The notes beneath the pieces are model-generated. The model was not told the DNA's origin and searched no databases. It worked only from the letters and a program-made list of their open reading frames with translations. From Mytilus californianus (taxonomy: Eukaryota), in the NCBI RefSeq assembly GCF_021869535.1, contig NW_026262593.1:27466001-27530000 (forward strand): a stretch of 64,000 nucleotides of DNA, written 5' to 3'. A program made the position numbers and the translations under genes. Positions 13,366 to 25,565 of this stretch are shown one piece after another; position 1 is the stretch's first letter; each line of letters starts with the position of its first letter.

Positions 13366-13460
13366 TATAAAAAGGAATCATACATGCGTATATCACAGAT
13401 TTTGGTACCTCAGGCAGATTACATGTCTATGTCAAATTAAAACTGCAAGGACAAAATTAG
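13366..13460 (+). promoter_or_regulatory. Candidate TATA box and non-coding first exon of the MS4A-like gene
   Basis: TATAAAAAG at 13366-13374 and a strong donor AG|gtaagc at 13461; the start-codon exon is preceded by an acceptor, so an upstream UTR exon is required. The assignment is inference. Confidence 0.35.
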
Positions 13461-14493
13461 GTAAGCGTTTTTTGTTATACAATAATGTTTTAGTTGTTCT
13501 TAAATTATCGCGATATCCATTGAACATTGTTTGTAATATGTTTTTCCTGCTTACTGCATTATAAAAGATTATAACAAAAATAGAGTCATCATTAATAATG
13601 ATTTAATTAATCATAATTTGTCATATCGGTGCCTTTCATAGCTTACTATTGCTCATTGTTAAAAGTTGTTTATATCCTCGTCCTTAGGTCTGTTGTGGAT
13701 AACTGTCTCATTAACAATCATGCCATCCCCTATTTTGATTATTAAATGAAAACATCCAGACTTGGAACAATGTAAAGTGTATATACTACGTATATTTATT
13801 GTGAACGCTTTATCAGCAAAGAAAAACCCTAAATATTGTTTGTTCTTACTTGTTTGTTTGTTGTTTGGTTATGTATTATACCGCTATTTAGAGAGGAGAG
13901 ATTTTCTTGTACTGATGGATTTGTTCGGTCTTAGGTTCGTTTACTGATTGAGGTTAACAAAGTGAAAGGAAATTAATATATGCAAAATATAGTTGAACTT
14001 CGTCATACATAACTTTGTCAACCCCAAATCAGAAACCTCGTTAGTGGTTGTGTTCTGTAATGTCTGAATGATTTTTTTGGGGGGAGAAGAGATTCAGTGG
14101 TGATAATTTATATATAATCTATTACTTTTTTTTGGAATCAAGGCGATTCAAAACTTCACTTTATGTATACACACCCGTCTGTTATTGAAGATTGCATGTC
14201 TTTTGTGTAATTTGTGTCGTGGGGTTGCTGTCTCAATAACGTTTACCCCATATACGTTAGGTCTTTTTTGGTTTGATCGGCTCTTCAACACTTTTATTAG
14301 ATTTTAAATATTCAAATAGTTTGGCCTCGAGCATCACTGAAGAGAATCAATTGCCCAAATGCACATCTGGTGCATTACAATTGGTACCGTTTAAGTTATC
14401 ACATTATAAACATATTTACATTTTGAAAATAGTGATCACTCTTCAACATTGCTGAAACGTTTCTCTCAGAAATATGATTATATGTTGTAGAAA

Positions 14494-14674
14494 ATGATGT
14501 ACCTAATTAAACAAAAAGGTGGCACTGCGAAAGAGAGACTGGGTGCCAGTATCAAGAGACATGGTGCGATACAGATGCTACTTGGTCTTGGCTGTTTGAT
14601 TGTAGGTGTTGTTTCAATTGGAATAGACAGAAAACAGTTCGACATACCAGTTAGAGAAGTCTTAGAAGGAGGAA
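14494..14674 (+). CDS. MS4A/CD20-like tetraspanning membrane protein, coding exon 1 (MMYLIKQ...HGAIQMLLGLGCLIVGVVSIGID...VLEGG; TM1)
   Basis: ATG at 14494 just after acceptor tgttgtag (14490); donor A|gtaagt at 14675, phase 1; hydrophobic GAIQMLLGLGCLIVGV resembles MS4A TM1; joins exon 2 in frame. Confidence 0.85.
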
Positions 14675-14989
14675 GTAAGTTATAATCACGTGTTTATCTC
14701 TGATTGCTAAAATATCTAGGATAACTTTATCACCTTTCATATGACACCAGCGTATCATCATGAATAATAATTAAATGCATTACAGTGATTTTTCAAACAT
14801 TTGCTTTCACCAACTTATTATGAATTCTGTTAACAGAAAATAGATATAATAAATAATTATTTTTAAGTCAATATGTAAATAATTTATACAGAAGATCGAT
14901 ATTATAATCCACATTAATACATTGAAGTTTCGATAATACATAATATTATCTTTTACAACAAAAATCTTGATATTACTATGTTAATTAAG

Positions 14990-15158
14990 GAAATGCATTT
15001 TATGTCAGGTGATTTTAATGTTCCTTTAATAGGGAAATGCATTTTATGTCAGGTGATTTATGTTCCCTTATTGGAGAAATGCATTTTATGTCAGGTTATT
15101 TATTTTCCCTTATTAGTGAAATGCATTTTATGTCAGGTGATTTACGTTCCCCTTTTAG
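14990..15158 (+). repeat. Intronic minisatellite, 4 units of about 41-44 bp (GAAATGCATTTTATGTCAGGTGATTTATGTTCCCTTATTAG)
   Basis: Units visible directly; mirrored by the repeated KCILCQVIY peptide in the ORF track. Confidence 0.9.
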
Positions 15159-15232
15159 GAAAAAAGAATCTTACTATTAACCGCAATTATTCATGCCTTA
15201 CTTGTATTCAAATATATTTTGTCGGCTTTTAG

Positions 15233-15312
15233 GAGTGATAAATGGCACTTCCTTTGACATCAAAAATGTTGTTCTTGGACTAGATGCAGGTGCTGTAGTT
15301 TCTGCTTTTTGG
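15233..15312 (+). CDS. MS4A-like exon 2 (RVINGTSFDIKNVVLGLDAGAVVSAFW)
   Basis: Acceptor ggcttttag|, donor TGG|gtaagt; 80 bp = 2+78 matching phase 1 in, phase 0 out; ends in the Trp typical of the start of MS4A TM2. Confidence 0.85.
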
Positions 15313-16994
15313 GTAAGTTACATGCCGATTGTTTGAATATTGATTGTTAATAGCATAACAAATAATATTCAGATAAGAGATTATTAGTTATTTTGATACT
15401 AGTAAAATAAGGGAATTGAAGATTCAATTTATTGATGGTAAGTTATATATTTCCTAGTTTTGAAAATAGCTTATCACCTCTGCGGAGACGTTGATTAGTC
15501 CTAATCCTTCTTCGTTGTGCTATAATATGATTTGGAATGAAAAATGACATTGACTCCGGCAGTGGAGACTTCAAGTGTTATGTCTATATAAATGCAAGGA
15601 AAGGAGTCATATTTTTGTTAAAGGGGCATTAGCTGTTACAATCATGTTCATCGAGTTGACTCAAATTCTCATATTTCATTTATAACATACTAAAACGTAT
15701 ATCCAAATTACAATAAGTCTGAAATAAACAGTTAACAATACATGTACTCGATAATATTTATCAGAATTTCGTGTGTATTTTAGTCTAGACGCCATCTAAT
15801 TAACTATCGAGATGACTTTCGAAGACTGCGACGGTCACATAACCCAATATCAACATGAACATGAATATAAATAAATAGCAACCTCGTCCAATTTGATTTT
15901 TCTAGGTCTGTTTTATTTCATCTTATAGGTTAAAAAAATTGTTAATTATCGTTTTTACCTGGATAAGAACAATTTTTTGTGGACCGAATCGGTCAGTGAA
16001 ATGGTTCACTTTTGTTTCACTTTCAATGTTGACATTCCTAATGTCTAATGGCTGACCACGACTAAAACATGCGTAACCAATCTCTAGCTAATGGGCTAAG
16101 TTGACGGTCACATGAATACGAATTCAATGAGGTCGAATTATTCACTTGCAAGTGAATAATTCATCAACAATGTCTCTTTGTTTATTTTGACAAAATTGAA
16201 CCAAATTGGCTGCTAAAAGCGAATTATTATTTCATTATTTAACTTTTATTAATGATTGAACCAACCTAAATAATTTTTTTCATATCTTGTAGCTAATGTT
16301 TTACTAAGAACTGGTGCAATCGTTCACTTATTTTTATGCGTAAACGATGCTTGTGTTTTAAAGGCTAGTCTCACAAACGTATCATTGATTCAAATGAGTT
16401 GTGGTGCTAAATGGCGCAGATTTTCCGCAAACAATATTTCCTGATCAGATTGCATTGAAGTCCATTTTGTTTTGTAAAATTTAAGTTTGTAACATTTTAT
16501 AAGAGTTGGTTAATTGCAGATGATATCTTTACATTTTACTTTGACATATCTCATAAGTACACAGTTCACTGACCGAAAGAAGAGGATATGATTCCATTAT
16601 CACTTATTTGTAAGTTTTAGAAAACAATATCTAAAATTGATGCAAGTTTCACATTTATGTAACAAAATTCATTACCAAGAGGTTCCTCATTTTCCTGCTA
16701 ACATGTTTCTTTATTGATTAGTTATTTTAACTAACGCTAAAAAAAGACATTTGTGTGATTTATCACTACTTGTCTAATGTCTCGGTCAAGGGTCGAGAAC
16801 CTGAATTTAAAATGGACTCTTTATCTTTACCTTCCGAAACGTTTGTACCCGAGGAAGGTTATTCTAGAAAGAAGTGTTGTGCGCATTGGAATCAGTATCA
16901 CATATGCATGTGAATATTTACACATATTAGTATTATGTTTGCATTTTTGACTATGTTGTTTCGTTTATCAATTCTACTTTCTATTTCATTCCAG

Positions 16995-17060
16995 GTCCTG
17001 ATCACAGGAGCAGTTCCAGCTTATATGGCTAGGAATACTGATTACAATTTGATTAAAACG
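16995..17060 (+). CDS. MS4A-like exon 3 (VLITGAVPAYMARNTDYNLIKT)
   Basis: Acceptor ttcattccag|, donor ACG|gtaat; 66 bp, phase 0/0; W-x-x-I-T-G pattern resembles MS4A TM2. Confidence 0.85.
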
Positions 17061-17352
17061 GTAATATATTATTCTACTGACACATTTTACAATCTCAAAA
17101 GCTGACAAATATTAACATAAATACTTTCATTGTATATATTTGCCTTCTATAAATATTAGGCAAGAAAGTGTGTCTTAGTAATATTTTTCCTAAAAAAGCG
17201 CTTGCAACTGATATGTTTGCTGTGAGTTTGGCATTGCTTAACAAAACAAAATAACACATCATAATGACTATTCATTACGGTGCAAAGTATTATATGTTTT
17301 GTTTTTTTAATTAAACTAAATTAAATACCATATATATATATATTTCTTTTAG

Positions 17353-17439
17353 AAAGTGGTTTTCATGGTATTCAGCATAATGGCAGCATCACTGTTTGTA
17401 CCTATCATAACCGGAGCTGCGATTGCCACCTACGTGCTC
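17353..17439 (+). CDS. MS4A-like exon 4 (KVVFMVFSIMAASLFVPIITGAAIATYVL; TM3)
   Basis: Acceptor ttcttttag|, donor CTC|gtaagt; 87 bp, phase 0/0; strongly hydrophobic. Confidence 0.87.
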
Positions 17440-17927
17440 GTAAGTTATATTCAGTCCAGTCCAAACAGCCTTTCTTGCTTTCTTTATATAAATAAACAGT
17501 ATAACTTGGCAATTAAACTAGGAAAAGACAAGATAGCACAGCGATTCATAATGCCACACAGAAGCAGTGATAAGGTATCAATTTGATGACAGAAAAATAA
17601 ACGCAATTAAAATTTCCTTCCAAATCCATAGCAAAAAAACATCTTCTGAAAGTGTAGCTGCATCTGGAATTTGAAATAATGACACTTTTTCTGTTTTATC
17701 AAAAGTAATTGCTATTCTTAAAACAAGAGACAAGATTAAATATTTATTTATTACTTCAATGTAAGTCAGATAACGCTAACGTCCTTCGGATATTAAAAGC
17801 TTACATCTAATACTAAGATGATAAGTATCTACCTAAATCAAGTTTAAGTGATGCACTATCTTATATCAGAAAACGATCTATTTAAAAACAATTTGGATTT
17901 ATAAATCATTAATGTTATTTCTTTCAG

Positions 17928-18047
17928 CGTAAAAGTCACATGGGATTGACTGTTGCTTTAGGTGTGATGTCCCTTCTAGAATTTATAGTTGCCATTCAAT
18001 CATCGGTCTACTGCTGCTCATCGCCTTGGGCTGCTTGCAAGATGGAA
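17928..18047 (+). CDS. MS4A-like exon 5 (RKSHMGLTVALGVMSLLEFIVAIQSSVYCCSSPWAACKME; TM4)
   Basis: Acceptor tttctttcag|, donor GAA|gtatgt; 120 bp, phase 0/0; LLEF..AI.SS.YCC matches the MS4A TM4 end pattern. Confidence 0.87.
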
Positions 18048-18574
18048 GTATGTTTATTATGATAAAACTCAAAGTCATTTATCGCCATCGGTTCAAAAGA
18101 AATGGCATGATAAGGCAAATTTTGTTTACCCAATTCAGAAATCAATAAGCGTCATAAATAAATCAAATAACAACATTTAGATGCTCATAAAACATTTTTT
18201 TTATATGAGATCAGTGTTTATATTTCTGAATTTTATCTAACATAATTTTTAATGGGACTTAAAACTACGTGTGATTAATTAATGCAAAATTGCCAAAAAC
18301 CAAAATAGCCTCTGTCACTGTAAGTACATGTAATTACTATTTAGACAAGAGCCGAGATTTTGGCCAAACAATATGACTTATTTGAAGATGAAAATATGAC
18401 CATGATATATTGTTTAGGAAAAGCGTTGTTTCATATTTATATTGAGCAAGACATATTCGTAACATGGCCATTTTAGGTAAATTACAAGTGTTGTTTATGA
18501 AATCATCAATCACGTATCTGCACTAATATGTACAGAGTACATCATTTTATTAGTTTAGGCGAAAAATAACAAAG

Positions 18575-18740
18575 GATCATTCAAAACTCATTAGTCGAAA
18601 ACAAACTGACAATGCCATTGCAACTTGAACCCAATCAGAAACCGGGGCTGATATCAGGTGCTGCGGAAGGTTATGAAGATCCTGCTCCACATGCGACACC
18701 CTTCGTGTTATTCCTGTAAAACACGTTGATAAGTTATATC
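18575..18740 (-). mobile_element. Degenerate PLE tail copy in the last MS4A intron
   Basis: ATCAGGTGCTGCGGAAGGGTTATGAAGATCCTGCTCCACATGCGACACCC matches the reverse-complemented tail. Confidence 0.65.
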
Positions 18741-19058
18741 AAGTCATTAGGCATCGCACATTAACGGGTTGCTTAAACATCTTAAATGCACACAGGTACA
18801 AACATCTAACGAAACATTTAAAATGCATGTAAAATGTATGATTTGTATTCATCAGAATTCAAAACGAAACAACTTTATACTTTCAATCAACACAATCGTT
18901 ATGGCAAACTTTTTGAACTTAGATTTGTTTGATATCAAACAATAGTGTAGTGACTTGTTTTGCTTACTAGTATGTCACTTCATGCACACATGATATGTCA
19001 GACAACAAATTTACAATTTTTTTCTTCTCATTTACCATTCGTTTTTCTATCTATTCAG

Positions 19059-19145
19059 AAAAGGGATAAAGAAAAGAAAGACATGGAAAATGAAATCTAC
19101 GAAAAACAGATGTCCAAAGAACAGCTACCGGAATACACCCCATAG
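19059..19145 (+). CDS. MS4A-like terminal exon (KRDKEKKDMENEIYEKQMSKEQLPEYTP*)
   Basis: Acceptor tctattcag|, phase 0, stop TAG at 19143-19145; charged cytoplasmic tail; AATAAA downstream at 19427 and 19495. Confidence 0.8.
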   Translation, partial: KRDKEKKDMENEIYEKQMSKEQLPEYTP

Positions 19146-19573
19146 ATACCTTATTTTAACCTAGAGGACTGCATGAAGATTACACAAAATCCCAACAATC
19201 AAGTTTTACGCTTTGAATTTTATATGCCTGTCATTGTCTATGCCTGTCATCGTAATATTTTGTATGCTAGCAGCACTATATCGAATGAAAATATGATATA
19301 TATAAAAATATATATGCATTATGTATACAAATTTTTTTTAATGATCCAAGAACTGTAAATTGTGAATCTTGACGATTTTGTGAAACATAACAGCATTGAA
19401 AGGATCGATGCTGCTGTTCCAATAGTAATAAAAACAAAATAATATTGCGTTTGATGAAAAAACAGTTTGGCTGACTAAAAAAATCCAGCATTATAATAAA
19501 AATCCTAATATGAATTCAGTCTGGGACCTTAGATATTAAATTTAAATGCCGCAGAACAAGCATGCATATGTAT

Positions 19574-20705
19574 GGCCAATTAAAATTAATTGATAGATTT
19601 TCATCCCCGCCCGCCCCTCTGAAATCGTCCCGATTTTTTTTATTTTTAAAAATTTACGATTTCCGGATTTTGTTCATTTCCGTTACCGGAAACCACCGAT
19701 AATTTCGTTTCGTTCATAACTTCCTGTAGCAAATTTCGGTTTTCGTATTTCTTCCGAGTAATTTAACCAAAATGATTAAGTCGAAATATTCTGCTGCTCT
19801 ATGATGACAGCATTATCTTCCGAGAAGAGAGATTGCTTACGAGAAGGGCATGAAATATTCGGGTTACGAGTGACAGGCGGTGTCCAAGAACGCAAATCGC
19901 GGTCAGTGATTAGAAACCTGTGGATTTTTTTATTTATACAATGACTTTGTGTCAGGAAATTTGGACTGTGAATGATATCCAAAGCACAAGAATCGTGGAA
20001 TACATTGCTGCAATAAAAAACATGACTGGGATAAAGAAATTGACACAAGCACGAACTTGTGCGATCTAAGACCATATATTGAGTACAAAAAAGTCTGCCA
20101 ATGTAATGCTATGTCTTAAAACTTTTCCAGATACACAGGGTTATCTGTACTCGGGAATAAATTTTGAGGTGAAAATGCAGCCATTGTAGCCAAAGGGTCC
20201 ACATGAACCTTAAAAGCATAAACCATAGTATTTGCAACATAGTTTGAGTTTTAATTTCACTCTGTACTCATAATACTTGTAATGGGCACTACAAAGTACT
20301 ACTTAGAAAGCAAAATAAATTTGATGTAGGTAGTCTAAAAGAGAACATTTCTCCACCTTTTTGCTATTTACTAAAAATTGGTTTCTAAAGTGGCAATCAC
20401 ATGTAGAACAGTGGTTGCCAATCCGAAATCTTTATTAAGAATTTGAAAAATTATGTAGAATTCCTTATATATACATGATATAAGCTTAATATTACCCTTG
20501 CATATGAACAGTCTGATTGAAACCAGCCCCCAATATCTACAAAGGCAAATGGAAAGTGGGGGCTGGTTTTAATTAGACTGGCATATGAAGAACACGTCAC
20601 AAAAGGGTTTCGGAGGAAATAAAAATTAAAAAATAAAATCCTCCCACCCGCCCCATTTTTTTCAAAAATTTGGATGAAAATCTACTAATTAATTTTAGTT
20701 GGCCT
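19574..20705. mobile_element. Non-autonomous DNA transposon of about 1.13 kb with TIRs of about 32 bp
   Basis: Left GGCCAATTAAAATTAATTGATAGATTTTCATCC; right end reverse-complements to GGCCAACTAAAATTAATTAGTAGATTTTCATCC; no clean TSD. Confidence 0.75.
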
Positions 20706-22219
20706 ATGCAGAAATTGGGTATATAATTATTGAGATTTTCCCCATTTCCAGCATATATGTATACCATCAGTAAACATATTTTGAATTAAAAGACTACACT
20801 TTTGATATACATTAATTTTTTTCAGTAATCCAACATATCTTGAAAGAGTACAAGTAGCATTTATATATAATAGAGGAAAATTGGTAAATACAATCTTCAT
20901 TCAAAATCTGGTCTGACATCAGATGCCCCTGAACGGTTCAGATTTTCTGCGTCACATGGAACAGCCGTCATATTGCGCAGAGATAATGCTGATAATGGTT
21001 CAATGGTTCAAACTTAGTAGGTCACAATATTGTTGAAAGGAAGAAAAGTCCACAGCAAATAATGACTACTAAAAATTTAGTAAGCAAAGTTCTACAATTT
21101 TGGAATAAAGGATCAACCAAAACGTTTATTCGTATCAACATTATAACAACACGTCAATATTCATGGTATCTTGTATCTTGTAGCTTGTATTGTTTTCATT
21201 ATATTATGTTTTTGTAACTTCATTTTTATACATCTACTTGCTTTTTGTAATAAATTTGAAATTGAACAATATTACAAACCATAAATATCAGATTTTGAAA
21301 CGTAGTCCGGCATTCATTAGAGTACATTTTGTATCATACATTGTCTCATTGAGATGACACCTGATTAAAAAGTCGAATGCTGCAGATGCTCATCTTTTAC
21401 AGCTCATGAAGTTTATTCTTGGTTTCGCATAGACCCCCCCCCCCCCCCCCCCCTTCCGCCCGGAAGTCTTAAAACTCAGACGTGAATGCGGCTGTGACAA
21501 AAATATTTTATGATTACTTTTTGATTGCATTATGTTTAAGTGTCAAAATCCGATGGTGAGACTTGGATATAGAAATATTGAACATTGACTCCTACCTTGT
21601 TAGATGAAAAAAAAAGGTTTAAAATATCTACATTTTTGATCAATTTTAGCATTAGTACTTCTTAGATCTGTATTTTTTGAGCTGCAATAGAACCTTATTC
21701 GCGCATACAAAATTATGCATTATCGTCATACGCTGGGGCCCATACAAAAACATTGAATTCTTTACTTTCCAGTTTGTTCCTTCTTTGATCTGGCCCGATT
21801 TGGTAATATTACATCTTACAAAGTCTATCCGAATCATTTGGCAAACAATTCCGCTCAAATCGATGCTAGGGGCCGACTTGCAGTGAGGTGAGAGGTTTTT
21901 TTTTGCGTGTTGAACGCCTCACTGTGACTTTGAGATGAAGAACAGCAATAAAAGCACTGTTACTTTGTTTTTTGTGTGTTTTTTCTGTGCATGTACTGAT
22001 CATGATTATGTGTCATAGATGGATATCCCATATCCTTTTTTTCTATTATCGATACCCTTTTCATAAGAACAGGTACAATGATTATCGTTTTAATGCAATA
22101 TAAAAAGTTTAAATTAAATTATTATACATCTAAGACGTCTTATTTAGTAAGTAGCAATTAATTTAATGACAATTTTCTTAATGTTAGGGTTTTTATGTTG
22201 CAAATAGAAGAGAAAAGTA

Positions 22220-22480
22220 TAAGAGAGAGGCGAAAGATACATAAGGGATATTAAAACTCATGAAACGAAAACAAACTGATAATGCCATAAAAAAAAACCC
22301 AAAAACAACAGTACACAAAATACAACATAGAAACATCTTACGACTGAGCAACACGAACCCCACCAAAAGCGGAAAGGGGGGGGGGGGGGGGGGGGGGTGT
22401 TAGATTTCAGGTGCTCCGGAAGGGTAAGCAGATCCTGTTCCACATGTGTCACCCGTTGTGTTGTAAGAACAAACCCGGTA
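22220..22480 (-). mobile_element. PLE tail copy with a long G-run
   Basis: CAGGTGCTCCGGAAGGGTAAGCAGATCCTGTTCCACATGTGTCACCCGTTGTGTTG; poly-G at about 22376-22397. Confidence 0.8.
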
Positions 22481-24264
22481 TGTTAGGCGATGCATTGATT
22501 CAAAAACAACTGGATTCTTAATCTTTGTATGATATTAGATTTTAAATAACACATGTATAACTGATGACTATGTCTTAAATAGTATTTTTTTCAATTAAGA
22601 ATCTGACAGAAACATGATTCTAAATATGTAACAATTGTAAATATAAATTATAAATGATTTAAAATTGTGTTCCGGAGTTGTGAAATATCGAGCTTATTTA
22701 CTTGAAAAAAATATGCATATTTAAAAGCATATTATTAGTTTGAAGTTTTCACAACTTGTTAAATAGATGAAAAGTAGGACAGGATGAATAAAATTAAAAG
22801 TCTCATAATGTATTACATAACAAGTATCAAGGAGTCTGTAATATCCAAGGTCACGTTAGGAAGACAATAAATTATCTTAATATGTCTGGGTTTTACATCT
22901 ATCGGAATTTTAAATGACTGAACTAAAGAGATGATATCTATTCATCTACAAATGTATTTTAAAATGTTCTGACACAATGCTACATGAATTTTAATTGCCT
23001 TTGAGACCACCCCAAAGTCTTTAATTAATTATTACATTATTTAGCTGACGACATCGTTCGCTAAGCTATGTATGTTACAAATACGAATAAAAAAAGCTAC
23101 AAAATGATTTCCTGGTGAACGACACCCGTTTTTGAGGTAACATTTATCAGGAACATTTGAACGCTCGCGAAAAATATTTCGGAAAGTTAACATAAAACAC
23201 ATTTGAATTGTTTTACAATTGTCATTTTGGGGCCTTTTATAGCTTGCTATGCGGTATGGGTGTTGCTCATTGTCGAAGGCTGAACAGTAACATATGACTG
23301 CTAACTTTTACGTTATTTGATCTTTGATGGAGAGTTGTCTCATTGGCAATCAATACACATCTTATTATTTTATACTACATGTAACAACAAAGGTAAGAAT
23401 ATTTGCATAACAGACACTATTGTTTAAACAGTGTGTTTGATAATTATGGAGTTTTACGATTTTTAACTAATTTCAAACTTACAAAATGCAGTTCACAGCT
23501 ATCTGGTTTATATGTAAATTAAACCTACAAAAACATTATTTCGATTTATATATAATCCCGCCTATCTATATTCATCAACCAATTAGTTTTTCAGATCTGT
23601 AAAATGCATTTGAAAATTGTTAGTTCTCAGAGACCATTTTCGGGAATAACCTCCATTATGAAATGACGTACCCGAGGAACTCTGAAATACTGAAAGGTAC
23701 TGTCGACATTTTCTTGAAGATATTAAAATATCTGTTATTTGTTTTCTTACTTGAATTAGTTAAGACATTGATGTCCTTTCATCGATGTGTTTAAAATATG
23801 CTAATGGGAGTCACCCACGGCTATATTACATTTTGCTTCCTGTTAGCATGGAAAGTTAATTTTGGCTTTATAGTTTTTCTTGTATGCAACAGTTATTTCA
23901 TTATATCAACAGTTCAAACCACATAAAACACTCTGTATAAAAACATGTTATAATATGAAGAAAATATTTAGATTGATTGGGTAACATTTAGGTGTTTTAA
24001 ACACCATTTGTACTGTTTAATTACAGGCAATGATTTTAAAGGAACATAATCAATCAATTTATATCCACTGGATTGATTCAAATTCGCAAATACAGTACTA
24101 TAAGGCCGATGTTCTTAGTTCTATTTGATCTCATTTCAAATTAAGAAATTAGAGATTAAATGTAAATCATTTACTCCTAACTTTCTGTGCTGTCGTAAAT
24201 ACATGGGAGGTGTCCGTCGTTATTCTGCGGTTTACATATTGTAATGTACTACTATATTAATAAT

Positions 24265-24616
24265 TTATGTATTTCTCTGTGCTGAGTGTTCTTGCGTTTG
24301 TTTGTACTGTATTCCTGTCACGTAGTATTGTCATCTTAGCGGTATTTTTCAACATTGCCATATAGGCGGGAGGATTGGCTATCCATAAAACCAGGTCCAA
24401 CCCACTTTTTTTTCTTCAAATGTCCTGTACCAAGTCGGGAATATGACAGTTGTTGTCTACAGTCCGTTTCTATTTATGTTGGCATTTGATATTGTTGTAA
24501 TTCACGGTTTCTGTTGTTCCGTTGTTTTCATCGGTTTTAGTTTGTTACCCGGATTTGTTTTTGCTTAATCGAAATATGACTATTAAACAGCGGTATACTA
24601 CTGTTGCCTTCCTTTA
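24265..24616 (-). mobile_element. Family A high-copy repeat
   Basis: Matches 5690-6035 and the reverse complement of 2008-2237. Confidence 0.75.
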
Positions 24617-25395
24617 TTCATAGGACTGATTTTTTTCGTATTGAATCAATCTTCACAGAATCGGTCTTTCTGCTGCTGACTTCCTTCACTGTTTCAGCTG
24701 ACATTCGTTTCAATCACTGGTCGATTTATTTAGCTTTTGTACAACCCATCTCTTACAAAGGTTACTCAAAGGTTGCATGGATACAGATTTAAATGGTTGA
24801 ATTATTGACTTGCACGCCAATAAAACATCAGAAATGTTTTGAGCTTGTTTTGACAAAGTTGAACCAAACTAACTACTAACAGTGAAATATTATTTCAATA
24901 TTCGGTTTTATCAATGTTTTGAAAGAAATTAACATTTTAATTTTTTGTGTATACAATTAAATATATGCATCATAGTCATATTTTCTTAACCAAAACGGAA
25001 TGTCTTATCATAACACTGTGAGTGTATAAACCCTGCAAACTAATTTCAAATTTTGGAAAAAGTTACAAATGTTCATAACAAGAATTTATTAGACAAGTTA
25101 TTTCTCCCTTTTAATATTCATTATTTAAAAAGGAGGAACTGTGGGATGTGAATAAGTGGGACAGCAACCCAACACTCGACCAAACCTTTTATAGAATATT
25201 TTGCATGTTTTATATTACCAAAATGAATCTTCAGGTCAACATAAGTAATTACATAACAGGTAATAACACTGCATGTAACAAGTATGTTCTGCGTTTATAT
25301 CGTAAAATACTCAGTCTGAGTAATATCTTTAACATAATTGGTGAAATGCTTTTCATCACGAAATTTTTTGTTGCTGTTTAGTTTAAATTTTAAAT

Positions 25396-25565
25396 CAACT
25401 CATCATAGATAACAAGATTACATATTTTTTTTTATGCCAGACAAGTCTACACAAAGACTCATCAGTGACCCTCTATTATAAAAAGTGAAAAAGGCCAAAG
25501 AAAAGAAATTATGAAATTGAAGATCACAGGAAACCCCAAATTCCGAAAGGTTTTGCTAAATAGAA
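25396..25565 (-). mobile_element. Retrozyme-like fragment with internally deleted hammerhead (25434-25469)
   Basis: Minus strand GGTCACTGATGAGTCTTTGTGTAGACTTGTCTGGCAT retains CUGAUGA and stem II but lacks GAAA and stem III. Confidence 0.65.

Noticed and set aside
14990-15158. CRISPR-like array
   Set aside because: Units are contiguous tandem repeats without unique spacers; eukaryotic intron, no cas genes.
16845-16885. Possible third hammerhead family (CCCGAGGAAGGTTATTCTAGAAAG...)
   Set aside because: Resembles a recalled CTGATGAAGGTTATTCCAGAAACGCGTC repeat but is too degenerate here to support.
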